A stretch of 64,000 bases of DNA, taken from contig JBEKYR010000014.1 in the NCBI GenBank assembly GCA_049510745.1, positions 32,001-96,000 of the forward strand. Direction: 5' to 3'. The notes beneath the pieces are model-generated. The model worked only from the letters and a program-made list of their open reading frames with translations, searched no databases and had not been told where the DNA came from. This document shows positions 16,653 to 26,056 of the stretch, piece after piece. This DNA is from Verrucomicrobiota bacterium (lineage in GTDB: Bacteria; Verrucomicrobiota; Verrucomicrobiia; Limisphaerales; Palsa-1400). Both the position numbers and the translations under genes were made by a program. Numbering within the stretch: position 1 is the first letter of the stretch; the number at the start of each line of letters is the position of its first letter.

Positions 16653-18214
16653 AAATGAAACACCTTGTCACTATTCTATTGACTACCTTTGCCGCCGGAT
16701 GGCTCGCCGCCGCCGCGGACGACACCACCAACGCGCCCGCCCCCGGCCCGCCCCCGGACGCGACCGCCGCGAACACCGCGCCGACCCCCGCCCCGGCGCC
16801 GGAAACGCCGGACACAAACCTGCCGGCCGAACCGACGCCGACCAACGGCCTTATCCTCAACTTCCACGATGCGCCTTTGAACGCCGTGCTTAATTATCTC
16901 AGCGCCAAGGCGGGGCTGATCATCATGTCGGATGTCGATTTGCGGGGCAAGGTGAGCGTCGTGGCCAAACAACCGGTCACCACCAACGAGATCGTCGATT
17001 TGCTCAGCGAACAACTGGGCAAGAACAACTACGCCGTCAACCTCAACGGCCGCACTCTGACCATTATGGATGCCACCCGCGCCAAGACCAGCGCCCTGAC
17101 TCCCGTCATCGTCGCCAACGGCGGTCCGAACACGATTCCGATCAACGACATCGTCGTCACCGAAATCCTGCCGGTCCACACCCTCAACCCGGGGCAACTG
17201 GTCAAGGACCTTGAAACCCTCATCCCCCCGGGCGACACCGTCACCGCCAACGACGCGGGCAACGCCATCCTCATGACCGCTTCGCAAAAAGACATTCATC
17301 GCATCTCCGAAATCATCGCCGCCCTCGACAGTTCGGCCATTTCCGACGTCGAGGTCTTTATCCTCAAATTCGCCGATGCCAAGTCGGTCGCCTCCGAATT
17401 GAAGGAAGTTTTCCAAAGCGCCGATTCGGACATCACCCGCGCCAACACGCGCAACACGTTTGCCGGCCGCGCCGGCCGGGGCGGGTTCGGCGGCGGGTTC
17501 AACCCCTTCGGTGGCGGCGGCGGCGGGGGCGGCGGCACCGATGACAGCACGAAAACCTCGCAAACCCACGCCGTCTTCGTCTCCGACGATCAAATGAACG
17601 CCGTCGTGGCCAGCACGCCGCCCGACTACATGCGCACCGTCAGCAACATCGTTGAGCAGTTGGACCAACCGAGCCAGGACATCACCGAAATCAAAGTCTT
17701 CCATTTGAAGAACGCCGACCCCCAGGAGATCGCCGACGAACTGTCCACCCTGTTTCCTTCAAGCACCAGTTCGGACCAGAACAGCCGGACGATGGGCTTT
17801 CGGTTTGGCCCGCCGTTTATGCAGCAGCAATCCTCGGCCAATTCCCAAAGCACCCGCATGAAACACCAAACGACCGTGGTGGCCGTGGCCGACCGCCGCA
17901 AGCAAGCGGTGGTCGTCACGGCTTCGAAGGATATGATGACGGAGATCAGAGCGATGATTGCCGACTTGGACGAAGGCACCCAGGGCGTGCAGCATGTTTT
18001 TGCCTTGCCCATCGACAGCGCAGACCCGGCCAGTGTGCAGGAAACCATGACCGGCCTCTTTGCCGGCTCCGGTGCCTCCTCCAAACAAACGCAGACGCAA
18101 ACGGCCTTGAGCGCCCGCGAGCAGAGCAATGCCAACAGCCAATCCACCACCACCACTTCCTCCTCCTCCAGCAGCTTCGGCACCGGCGCCAGCGGAACGA
18201 CCGGAATTCGGTGA
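16649..18214 (+). CDS. Secretin N-terminal half (N0 plus NolW-like domains, no barrel domain)
   Basis: Signal peptide, N0 'LILNFHDAPLNAVLNYLS', NolW-like repeats ('FILKFADAKSVASEL', 'FHLKNADPQEIADEL'), ends in an S/T/G-rich tail. Confidence 0.85.
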   Translation: MKMKHLVTILLTTFAAGWLAAAADDTTNAPAPGPPPDATAANTAPTPAPAPETPDTNLPAEPTPTNGLILNFHDAPLNAVLNYLSAKAGLIIMSDVDLRGKVSVVAKQPVTTNEIVDLLSEQLGKNNYAVNLNGRTLTIMDATRAKTSALTPVIVANGGPNTIPINDIVVTEILPVHTLNPGQLVKDLETLIPPGDTVTANDAGNAILMTASQKDIHRISEIIAALDSSAISDVEVFILKFADAKSVASELKEVFQSADSDITRANTRNTFAGRAGRGGFGGGFNPFGGGGGGGGGTDDSTKTSQTHAVFVSDDQMNAVVASTPPDYMRTVSNIVEQLDQPSQDITEIKVFHLKNADPQEIADELSTLFPSSTSSDQNSRTMGFRFGPPFMQQQSSANSQSTRMKHQTTVVAVADRRKQAVVVTASKDMMTEIRAMIADLDEGTQGVQHVFALPIDSADPASVQETMTGLFAGSGASSKQTQTQTALSAREQSNANSQSTTTTSSSSSSFGTGASGTTGIR

Positions 18215-18243
18215 TCGCAACATCTTTCCAACCAATCAAAAAT

Positions 18244-19491
18244 ATGACCATCCAAACTGCGAAACTTCGGGCCGGCCGGTGGACGGCGCTAGGCCTCTGT
18301 TGCCTGACTCTTCCATTGCTGGCGCAAACCCGGACCGGCGGCGGCGGCGGCGGGGGTGGCGGCTTTGGCGGCGGCGGCTTTGGCGGCGGCGGGGGCGGGG
18401 GGGGCGCGGGACGAACTTCCACCGCCACCTCCGGCACTTCCACCATTGAACGCCCGGCCAACGGCCAGGTCGGCACGGCCAACTTCTATGTCGATCAGGA
18501 TTCGCGGCAGTTGTTTGTCATCGCCGACGACGCGACCGCCGGCTACGTAAGCAACGTGGTGGCCAACCTCAACCGCCCCAAACCGCAGGTCTTGATCAAG
18601 GTCGTCTTCCTGGAAGTCACCTATAATAAAGGCGTGGACATCGGAGTTGAAGGCGGCGTCACCAAAAGAATCAACGCCTCCACCACCAACTCCGCCTCCA
18701 GCCTTTTCGGTCTGGCCCAACAGGGCATCACCCCCAATTCCGCCGGCGTCAACACCCTCCCCGGCGCCGGCCTCTACACCGTCGTCGGCAACGATTTCTC
18801 CGCCACCTTGCGGGCCATCTCCGAAGTCGGGAAGGTCGAAGTCCTCTCCCGCCCCACCGTGCTGGCCCGCAACAATCAGCAAGCCACCATTGTCGTCGGC
18901 CAGGAGGTTCCTCTCATCACCGGCGTCACTTATGACACTTTTGGCAACGAGCACAACGCCATCTCCTACCAGAACGTCGGCATCATCCTCCAAGTCACAC
19001 CGTTCATCACCTCCGACAACATGGTCGAGATGATCCTGGCGCCGCAAATCTCGGAGGTCGATCCCAGCCACTCCCAGGCCATCGCTTACACCACTAACGG
19101 CCAGGCCATCACCGCCCCGTATATCGACATCCGTTCCGCCAACACGGTGGTCGTCACGCCCGACGGCCAGACCGTGGTCATCGGCGGCTTGATGCAAAAC
19201 AGCCGCTCCAGCACCGACAGCAAAATTCCCATTCTGGGGGACATCCCGCTCCTGGGCGCGTTGTTCCATCACAAACTCCAATCCGACACCAAGACCGAGT
19301 TGATTATTCTGCTCACTCCCTACGTGGTCAAGACGCCGTCCGACCTGGCCCGGATGAGCGCCGACGAGCGTGGCCGGGCGCAACTGGCGCCCAAGGCCTT
19401 CTCCCAGGCCGAGTTGAACCAATACCTGGAAGGCGGACAAAGCAAACCACCGCCCCCGGCCGCCCCGTCCGGCTCCCCCCATGCCCGATAA
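18244..19491 (+). CDS. gspD: Secretin C-terminal half (barrel domain) with its own signal peptide; alternative GTG start at 18211
   Basis: Signal peptide ending LLA|Q, 'PQVLIKV', 'LSRPTVLARNNQQATIVVGQEVP', 'GQTVVIGGL', 'KIPILGDIPLLGALF', 'TELIILLTP'. Confidence 0.9.
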   Translation: MTIQTAKLRAGRWTALGLCCLTLPLLAQTRTGGGGGGGGGFGGGGFGGGGGGGGAGRTSTATSGTSTIERPANGQVGTANFYVDQDSRQLFVIADDATAGYVSNVVANLNRPKPQVLIKVVFLEVTYNKGVDIGVEGGVTKRINASTTNSASSLFGLAQQGITPNSAGVNTLPGAGLYTVVGNDFSATLRAISEVGKVEVLSRPTVLARNNQQATIVVGQEVPLITGVTYDTFGNEHNAISYQNVGIILQVTPFITSDNMVEMILAPQISEVDPSHSQAIAYTTNGQAITAPYIDIRSANTVVVTPDGQTVVIGGLMQNSRSSTDSKIPILGDIPLLGALFHHKLQSDTKTELIILLTPYVVKTPSDLARMSADERGRAQLAPKAFSQAELNQYLEGGQSKPPPPAAPSGSPHAR

Positions 19492-19504
19492 AAAGAATTG
19501 ACTC

Positions 19505-20947
19505 ATGATGACTCGCCGTGGATGGGCTGTTTATGGTGTGCTGGCGGCCGTGTGGGTCGCCCTGATTGCCTGGCAGACAGGCGAGCACGTCCGCGTCCGC
19601 AAAGCGCTCCACGATAATCTCATCGATCGGGGCCGCGCGAAAACGACGGCCTGCGGCAAGCTCATGCGCTCGCCCCGCTTTTCCCCGGGCATCATCAACC
19701 GGGAACGGCTCGAAGGCGGCCTCAGTGTCCTGGTCGATACCAATGAGCTTCGCTCGGTCGAACTGCTCAACAATTCCGACGAGGTGGTCGCCTCCGCCGG
19801 GCCGCCCATCAAGTTGCCGCCGCCCAGCGACTTTGAGGGCGGCGTCTATTGGGGCGACGACACCGCCATTCTGAAGTATCCGATTGAATTGGGAACCAAC
19901 ATGGTGGCCGAACTGGTCATCCCCTCCGCGGAGTTGCTTTCCATGCGCACCAATCGTTTGGCCGCCGCCGGCATCAACCCGGACGACCGCCCGCCCTTCG
20001 CCCCCGACCAGCCCCCCCGCCGGGTGGATTTTCGCACCGAGCGTCCTTACTGGATGAAGGAGGAAGATTACAGGGCGCTGATCAACACCAAGAGCGCTCA
20101 CACCTTTGTCGTCGTCTTGTCCGCCCAGCCCGTCCTGGCCGCCCAGCGCGATGATTTCTGGATGCGCGTGTTCATTGCCATGATGGGCACGGTGGCCGTC
20201 GCCGGCTACGGCCTGGCGTGGCGCAGCCTGGTCAAAACGTCCGAGCTGCAATTGCGCCTGGTCCGCGCCAGCGAACAGAACCTGCACCTCAAGGAAATGA
20301 ACATCGCCGCCGCCGGCCTGGCCCATGAAACCCGCAACCCTCTCAACATCATTCGCGGCCTGGCCCAACTCATCTCCAAACACGAGGAGGCCGCCCCTGA
20401 AATCCGCGCCAAGTCCCGCGACATCATTAACGAAACCGACCGCGTCACCGCCCAACTCAACGGCTTCATCAACTACTCCCGTCCCCGCGAAGTGCGCCGC
20501 GCCCCCACCGACCTCGGCGCCGTCGCCGCCGAAGTCGCCCGCGCCCTCAATTACGACCTCGAGGAGAAGAAAATCCAGCTCGAAGTCCTGGTCGAATCCA
20601 TGGTCATCGAAGCCGACGAACAACTGCTGCGCCAGGCCCTCTTCAACCTCGTCCTCAACGCCGTGCAAGCCGTGCCCCCCCAGGGCGTCATTCGCATCCG
20701 CGCCAGCCGGCGCACCAACGAGGAAGCCTTCATCGAAATCTCCGACAACGGCCCCGGCGTGCCCGCCGAGCATCGCGCCGAGATTTTCAAACCCTACTTC
20801 ACCACCCATGCCGAGGGCACCGGCCTGGGTCTGGCCGTCGTCCAGCAAATCGTCCTGGCCCACGGCTGGGAGATCGAGTGCCTGGCCAACCAGCCCGCCG
20901 GCGCGCTCTTTCGCATTTCGCACGTCAAGCTTAAGATGAAGGAGTGA
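19505..20947 (+). CDS. Membrane sensor histidine kinase (NtrB/ZraS-like)
   Basis: Two TM helices, H-box 'AAGLAHETRNPL', N-box 'NLVLNAVQA', 'DNGPG', 'FKPYFTT..GTGLGL'. Confidence 0.95.
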   Translation: MMTRRGWAVYGVLAAVWVALIAWQTGEHVRVRKALHDNLIDRGRAKTTACGKLMRSPRFSPGIINRERLEGGLSVLVDTNELRSVELLNNSDEVVASAGPPIKLPPPSDFEGGVYWGDDTAILKYPIELGTNMVAELVIPSAELLSMRTNRLAAAGINPDDRPPFAPDQPPRRVDFRTERPYWMKEEDYRALINTKSAHTFVVVLSAQPVLAAQRDDFWMRVFIAMMGTVAVAGYGLAWRSLVKTSELQLRLVRASEQNLHLKEMNIAAAGLAHETRNPLNIIRGLAQLISKHEEAAPEIRAKSRDIINETDRVTAQLNGFINYSRPREVRRAPTDLGAVAAEVARALNYDLEEKKIQLEVLVESMVIEADEQLLRQALFNLVLNAVQAVPPQGVIRIRASRRTNEEAFIEISDNGPGVPAEHRAEIFKPYFTTHAEGTGLGLAVVQQIVLAHGWEIECLANQPAGALFRISHVKLKMKE

Positions 20948-22323
20948 AGAAAGTGTCCAACGACGTTTCCATCGGCCCGCGCGCGCCACGACTCCTGATT
21001 GTCGATGACGACGCCGGCCAGCGCAGCCTGCTGGATTCCTTTCTCAGCAGCCAGGGCTTCGAAACCGTCCCGGTCTCCTCCGGCGAACGCGCCCTCGAAA
21101 TCCTGCGCGAACAGGAAATCAACATGATGATCTCCGACGTGCGCATGCCCGGCCTGACCGGCCTGGAAACCCTCCGCCTGGCCCGCCAGCAACACGGCTC
21201 TTTTCCCATTCTTTTGGTCACCGCCTACGCCGATGTCCGCGACGCCGTCGGCGCCATGCGCGACGGCGCTGTCAATTATCTTTCCAAACCGATTGACCTG
21301 GACGAATTGCTCGCCTCCGTCCGCCAGGCCACCGGCCTGTCCCGGCGCGTGCCGCTCAAATTCGACGCCGGCAAGCAATTGCCCTCCAACATCGTCGCCG
21401 CCAGCCCCCTCATGCAGGCCCTTTTCCGCGACGTCTCCCTCATCGCCGCCTCCGAAAGCCGCGTGCTCATCACCGGCGAAAGCGGGGTGGGCAAGGAAGT
21501 CGTGGCCGATGTCATCCACACTTGGAGCGCGCGGGCCGCCGGAAACCTGGTCAAGGTCAACTGCGCCGCCATTCCCGAAACGTTGCTGGAGAGCGAACTT
21601 TTTGGGCACGAAAAAGGCGCCTTTACCGGCGCAGTCGCCCAGCGCATTGGCCGCTTCCAGATGGCCGACGGCGGCACGATTTTCCTGGATGAAATCGCCG
21701 ACATGGCCCAGCAGCTTCAGGCCAAATTGTTGCGCGTCGCCCAGGATGGCCGTTTCCAGCGCATTGGCTCGAACTCCGAAATCCACGTCAACGCCCGCAT
21801 CCTCGCCGCCACCAACCGCAACCTGGAGGAGGAAGTCAAAGCCGGCCGTTTCCGCGAGGATTTGTTTTACCGGCTCAACGTGGTGGAACTGACCGTGCCC
21901 CCGCTGCGGGAACGGCGCGAGGACATTCTCCCGCTGGCCAATCAATTGCTGGCCGGGTTCACCCAGGGCCGCGCCCGTCTCTCTTCCTCCGCCGCCGCCT
22001 CTCTGGAGGCTTACTCCTGGCCCGGCAACGTCCGCGAACTGGCCAACGCCATGGAACGCGCCGCCTTGTTGTGCCGCGGCGATCTCATTGTGCCCGAACA
22101 CCTGCCCCCCCGCATCCAGTCTGGCGCCCGTCCCGGTGCCGCGCTGGAATCGGCCGACGCCGGCAAGCTCGAGGAAGTCGAAGCGCAAGCCGTTCTCCAG
22201 GCCTTGCGCAAGAACGATTTCAACCGCACCGCCACAGCCAAGGCCCTGGGCATCAGCCGTCGCGCGATGATCTACAAACTCCAGCGCCTGCGCGAGCTTG
22301 GCCACAACGTCGATGCCCCGTAG
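20944..22323 (+). CDS. sigma54-dependent response regulator (NtrC/ZraR-like)
   Basis: Receiver domain (VDDD, SDVRMP), GESGVGKE, GAFTGA, REDLFYRLNV, WPGNVREL and a Fis-type HTH. Confidence 0.95.
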   Translation: MKKVSNDVSIGPRAPRLLIVDDDAGQRSLLDSFLSSQGFETVPVSSGERALEILREQEINMMISDVRMPGLTGLETLRLARQQHGSFPILLVTAYADVRDAVGAMRDGAVNYLSKPIDLDELLASVRQATGLSRRVPLKFDAGKQLPSNIVAASPLMQALFRDVSLIAASESRVLITGESGVGKEVVADVIHTWSARAAGNLVKVNCAAIPETLLESELFGHEKGAFTGAVAQRIGRFQMADGGTIFLDEIADMAQQLQAKLLRVAQDGRFQRIGSNSEIHVNARILAATNRNLEEEVKAGRFREDLFYRLNVVELTVPPLRERREDILPLANQLLAGFTQGRARLSSSAAASLEAYSWPGNVRELANAMERAALLCRGDLIVPEHLPPRIQSGARPGAALESADAGKLEEVEAQAVLQALRKNDFNRTATAKALGISRRAMIYKLQRLRELGHNVDAP

Positions 22324-22350
22324 TCCGCGTCCCCCGGGGATTCCTGATCT

Positions 22351-25300
22351 ATGAAAAGAACAGTCCTGGCACTGCTGGCAATAGCTGCCATCGCTGGTTG
22401 CATGCTGAGTCCGGACGGGATGAAAGGCGCCGACGATATGGCCCAGGGGTTTGCCAATCCGCCCTCTTCCGCCCGTCCGTGGGTTTATTGGTTTCCGCTC
22501 GACGGAAACATCACCAGCAACGGCATCACCGCCGATCTGGAGGCGATGAAACGGGTCGGGATTGGCGGCGTGCTCTACATGGAAACAGACCAAGGCGCGC
22601 CAGAGGGGCCGGCCCGATTCGCGGGACCTTTGTGGCGCGACCTCTTCAAACATATCTGCTCGGAAGCGCGCCGCCTGGGCTTGGAGGTGAACATGAACAA
22701 CGACGCCGGCTGGTGCGGCAGCGGCGGCCCTTGGATCACGCCGGAGCTGTCGATGCAGCGGGTGGTTTGGACCGTGACCAATGTGTCCGGGCCGCTGGTT
22801 TTCACCGGGACCCTCCCCCAGCCCGAAGCCAAATTGAATTTCTATCGCGACATCGCCCTGCTCGCCTTCCCCACACCCGCAATCAGTTACCTGATACCGA
22901 ACATTGGCGACAAGTCGGCCGAAGGGTCGGGGGAGATTCCGCTTCACACCGTTTTTGCGGCGCTGCCTTCGGAGGCGGTCATTCCGCGCGACCGCATCGT
23001 GGACCTCACGGCGCGCCTTGGGGAGGGTGGCCGTCTGGTCTGGGACGTGCCGGCAGGCCGTTGGACGCTCTTGCGCCTCGGACATACGACCACTGGAGTG
23101 GAGAACCACCCCGCCCCGCCCGGCGGCTTGGGATTGGAGAGCGACAAGTTGAGCAAGGAGGCGTCCGACGCGGCGTTTGCCGGCCTGATGGCCAAGGTCA
23201 TTGCTGACTCCAAATCGCTGGCGGGCAAAGGCAAGACGCTGGTTTCAACTCATATCGACAGTTGGGAAACCGGCTCCCAGAATTGGACCCCGCGTTTCCG
23301 CAGGGAGTTCAAGCGGTTGCGCGGTTACGACCCGCTGCCTTTCTTGCCGGTGATGACTGGGCGGGTGGTGGACAATTTGGAAGTTTCCGAACGGTTCCTC
23401 TGGGACGTTCGCAAAACGGTGGACGATCTGCTGCTGGAGAATTACGCCGGCCAATTCCATAAATTGGCCAACCGCCGCGGCCTGCGGCTTTCCATCGAAG
23501 CTTACTTTGGCGAGCCTGCGGAGGACATGGCTTACGCCGGGCGCGCCGACGAGCCAATGGGCGAATTCTGGTCGTGGACCAGATATGGCGCCGCCAGCAG
23601 TTGCACCGAGATGGCTTCGGCGGCCCATATTTATGGCAAGCCCATTTTGGGCGCCGAAGCCTTCACCGCCACTGACGGCGAAAAATGGCAGGGGTATCCC
23701 GGCTCGATCAAAGAACTGGGCGACTGGGCCTTCTGCGAAGGGATCAATCGTTTCGTCTTCCACCGCTATGCCCTTCAACCGTGGACCAATCCCGACCGCC
23801 TTCCCGGCATGTCCATGGGACCGTGGGGGCTTCATTACGAGCGCACTCAAACTTGGTGGGAACAGTCCAAGGCGTGGCACGAATATCTGGCCCGCTGCCA
23901 GTTCATGCTCCGGCAGGGGCTTTTCGCGGCCGACCTCTGTTTTCTTGAGCCGGAAGCGTCCCCACAGGGTTTTCACTCGCCAGTCAAATCCGGCTACGAC
24001 CGTCCGGGTTACGGTTTTGACGGCTGCACGGCGGAAGTTGTGCTCACGCGCATGTCGGTCAAAGCCGGACGGCTTGTATTGCCCGACGGCATGAGCTACC
24101 GGATGCTGGTGTTGCCCAAGGTCGGAACGATGACTCCGCGTCTGTTGGGCAAGATCAAGGAGTTGGTCGCCGCCGGCGCCACCGTTGTGGGCGCGCCGCC
24201 GGTGAAATCGCCCAGTCTGAGCGATTATCCCAAGTGCGACGACGAGGTGAAAAGACTGGCTGGCGAGTTGTGGGGAACAGGCGAACCGCCGGAGCAAGCC
24301 ACCGGGCGTCCCTTTGGCAAAGGCAAAATCATCTGGGGTGGAGAGTTCCGGCTCGATCCCGAACCCACGCCGCAACCCGTCAGTCAACTCAGTTCAGGGA
24401 AATGGATTTGGCGCGCGGAAGGTAATCCCGCGGAAGCCGCGCCGCCAGGCGCCCGTTACTTCCGCCGCCTTCTGACCGTCGAGGCCGCAAGCCCCATCTC
24501 CTCCGCCCGGCTGGAGATGACCGCCGATAATTCTTTCCAGTGCTGGGTCAATGGCCAGAGCGCCGGCAGCGGAGACGACTGGAACCGGATCGTTTCCATG
24601 GACCTCACCCACCTGCTCAAACCGGGCGCGAACCTGCTCGCGGTGGCCGCCGTCAACGGCGGAGACCATCCCAACCCAGCCGGCCTCATCGGATTGCTGA
24701 GCATCAAATACGCCGACGGACGTTCTCAGGAAATCCCCACCGACCAGAGATGGGAGGCGGCGGAAAGCGCGAGCCGCCAATGGATTTCCGACGCGACCGC
24801 ATCCGACGGATGGGCCGCCGCGATGGAACTCGGCCCCCTGGGCATGTCACCTTGGAACTATCCCGCCATGAGTCTCGGCAACCCGGACTCCATTCCTGAC
24901 ATCGATTCTCTTTGCCGCCTGTTGGCCGCGATGAGGGTGCCGGCGGACTTCAGCTTTCAGGCCGCGGACGCCTCGCCATGCCTGCGCTTCATCCATCGCG
25001 TCGCCGGTGGCACGGACCTCTATTTTGTCGCCAATAAATACCCGCGCCCGGAGGACGCCTTGTGCTCCTTCCGCGTTTACGGTCGCCGTCCGGAATTATG
25101 GCGGCCGGATACAGGGCGCATCGAAAGAGCCGCAGCCTATGACGAGCAAGACGGCTGCGTCCGCCTCCCTGTTCGTTTCGATCCGAATGGTTCGGTCTTT
25201 GTTGTATTCCGCGACGGCGCGCCGGTGGAGGAGGACCGGATTACCGCGATGAGCTGCGACGGCGCGCCTCTCCTGACCACCGCTTTGGCCGAGTCCGCTT

Positions 25301-26028
25301 ATGTCTCAGCCACCCGCGGGCGGTCCGAGGCAGTGGAACTGACGCGAGATCAGAGCGGACGCGTGGCAGCCGAAGTCTCGCGGCCGGGCAAGTATGAGAT
25401 GGCGTCCGCCGACGGTCGAACCCGGCGATTCGAGTTGGCCTTCGTGCCTCAGCCCATCGAAATCACCGGACCGTGGGACTTGCGCTTCCCTCCAAACTGG
25501 GGAGCGCCGGAACACGTCACACTCGACCGGCTGATCTCATGGAGTGACCATCCCGACGCCGGCGTGAAGTACTTTTCCGGCGCCGCCACTTACTGCAAGA
25601 CGATTCAGGTCCCGGCCAGCCTGATCGAGGGGAATCGCCGGTTTTATCTGGACCTCGGCGAGGTGGCTGTCATCGCGCAAGTCAAGCTCAACGGCCAGGA
25701 CCTCGGCATCCTCTGGAAAGCGCCCTATCGCGCTGATGTCACCGGCGTTCTCCGGCCGGGGGACAACGATCTGGAGATCAAGGTCGTCAACCTTTGGATC
25801 AACCGCCTCATCGGCGACGAGCAATTGCCGGAGGACAGCGAGCGCAACAGCAACGGCACGCTCAAGCAGTGGCCGGAGTGGCTTGGGAAGGGCCAGCCCA
25901 GCCCAACCGGGCGCTTCACCTTCACCAGTTGGCGGCTTTGGCACAAGAACGATCGATTGGTTGAATCCGGACTGCTTGGCCCGGTGACCCTGCAAACATC
26001 GGCAATAGTCACTGTTGCCGCCCAATAG
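22351..26028 (+). CDS. Glycoside hydrolase family 106 (alpha-L-rhamnosidase-like), exported
   Basis: 'FANPPSSARPWVYW..GNIT..GITADLEAMKRVGIGG', 'GWCGSGGPWI', 'HIDSWE', 'PMGEFW', 'GAEAFT', 'SGLLGPV'. Confidence 0.9.
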   Translation: MKRTVLALLAIAAIAGCMLSPDGMKGADDMAQGFANPPSSARPWVYWFPLDGNITSNGITADLEAMKRVGIGGVLYMETDQGAPEGPARFAGPLWRDLFKHICSEARRLGLEVNMNNDAGWCGSGGPWITPELSMQRVVWTVTNVSGPLVFTGTLPQPEAKLNFYRDIALLAFPTPAISYLIPNIGDKSAEGSGEIPLHTVFAALPSEAVIPRDRIVDLTARLGEGGRLVWDVPAGRWTLLRLGHTTTGVENHPAPPGGLGLESDKLSKEASDAAFAGLMAKVIADSKSLAGKGKTLVSTHIDSWETGSQNWTPRFRREFKRLRGYDPLPFLPVMTGRVVDNLEVSERFLWDVRKTVDDLLLENYAGQFHKLANRRGLRLSIEAYFGEPAEDMAYAGRADEPMGEFWSWTRYGAASSCTEMASAAHIYGKPILGAEAFTATDGEKWQGYPGSIKELGDWAFCEGINRFVFHRYALQPWTNPDRLPGMSMGPWGLHYERTQTWWEQSKAWHEYLARCQFMLRQGLFAADLCFLEPEASPQGFHSPVKSGYDRPGYGFDGCTAEVVLTRMSVKAGRLVLPDGMSYRMLVLPKVGTMTPRLLGKIKELVAAGATVVGAPPVKSPSLSDYPKCDDEVKRLAGELWGTGEPPEQATGRPFGKGKIIWGGEFRLDPEPTPQPVSQLSSGKWIWRAEGNPAEAAPPGARYFRRLLTVEAASPISSARLEMTADNSFQCWVNGQSAGSGDDWNRIVSMDLTHLLKPGANLLAVAAVNGGDHPNPAGLIGLLSIKYADGRSQEIPTDQRWEAAESASRQWISDATASDGWAAAMELGPLGMSPWNYPAMSLGNPDSIPDIDSLCRLLAAMRVPADFSFQAADASPCLRFIHRVAGGTDLYFVANKYPRPEDALCSFRVYGRRPELWRPDTGRIERAAAYDEQDGCVRLPVRFDPNGSVFVVFRDGAPVEEDRITAMSCDGAPLLTTALAESAYVSATRGRSEAVELTRDQSGRVAAEVSRPGKYEMASADGRTRRFELAFVPQPIEITGPWDLRFPPNWGAPEHVTLDRLISWSDHPDAGVKYFSGAATYCKTIQVPASLIEGNRRFYLDLGEVAVIAQVKLNGQDLGILWKAPYRADVTGVLRPGDNDLEIKVVNLWINRLIGDEQLPEDSERNSNGTLKQWPEWLGKGQPSPTGRFTFTSWRLWHKNDRLVESGLLGPVTLQTSAIVTVAAQ

Positions 26029-26056
26029 AAATCGGCGTCCGTGCCGTTCGCAAAAC

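Noticed and set aside
18150..18330. Secretin as a frameshifted pseudogene
   Set aside because: The second ORF has its own credible signal peptide and a start/stop overlap, which favours a genuine two-gene arrangement. Read-level confirmation is still needed.
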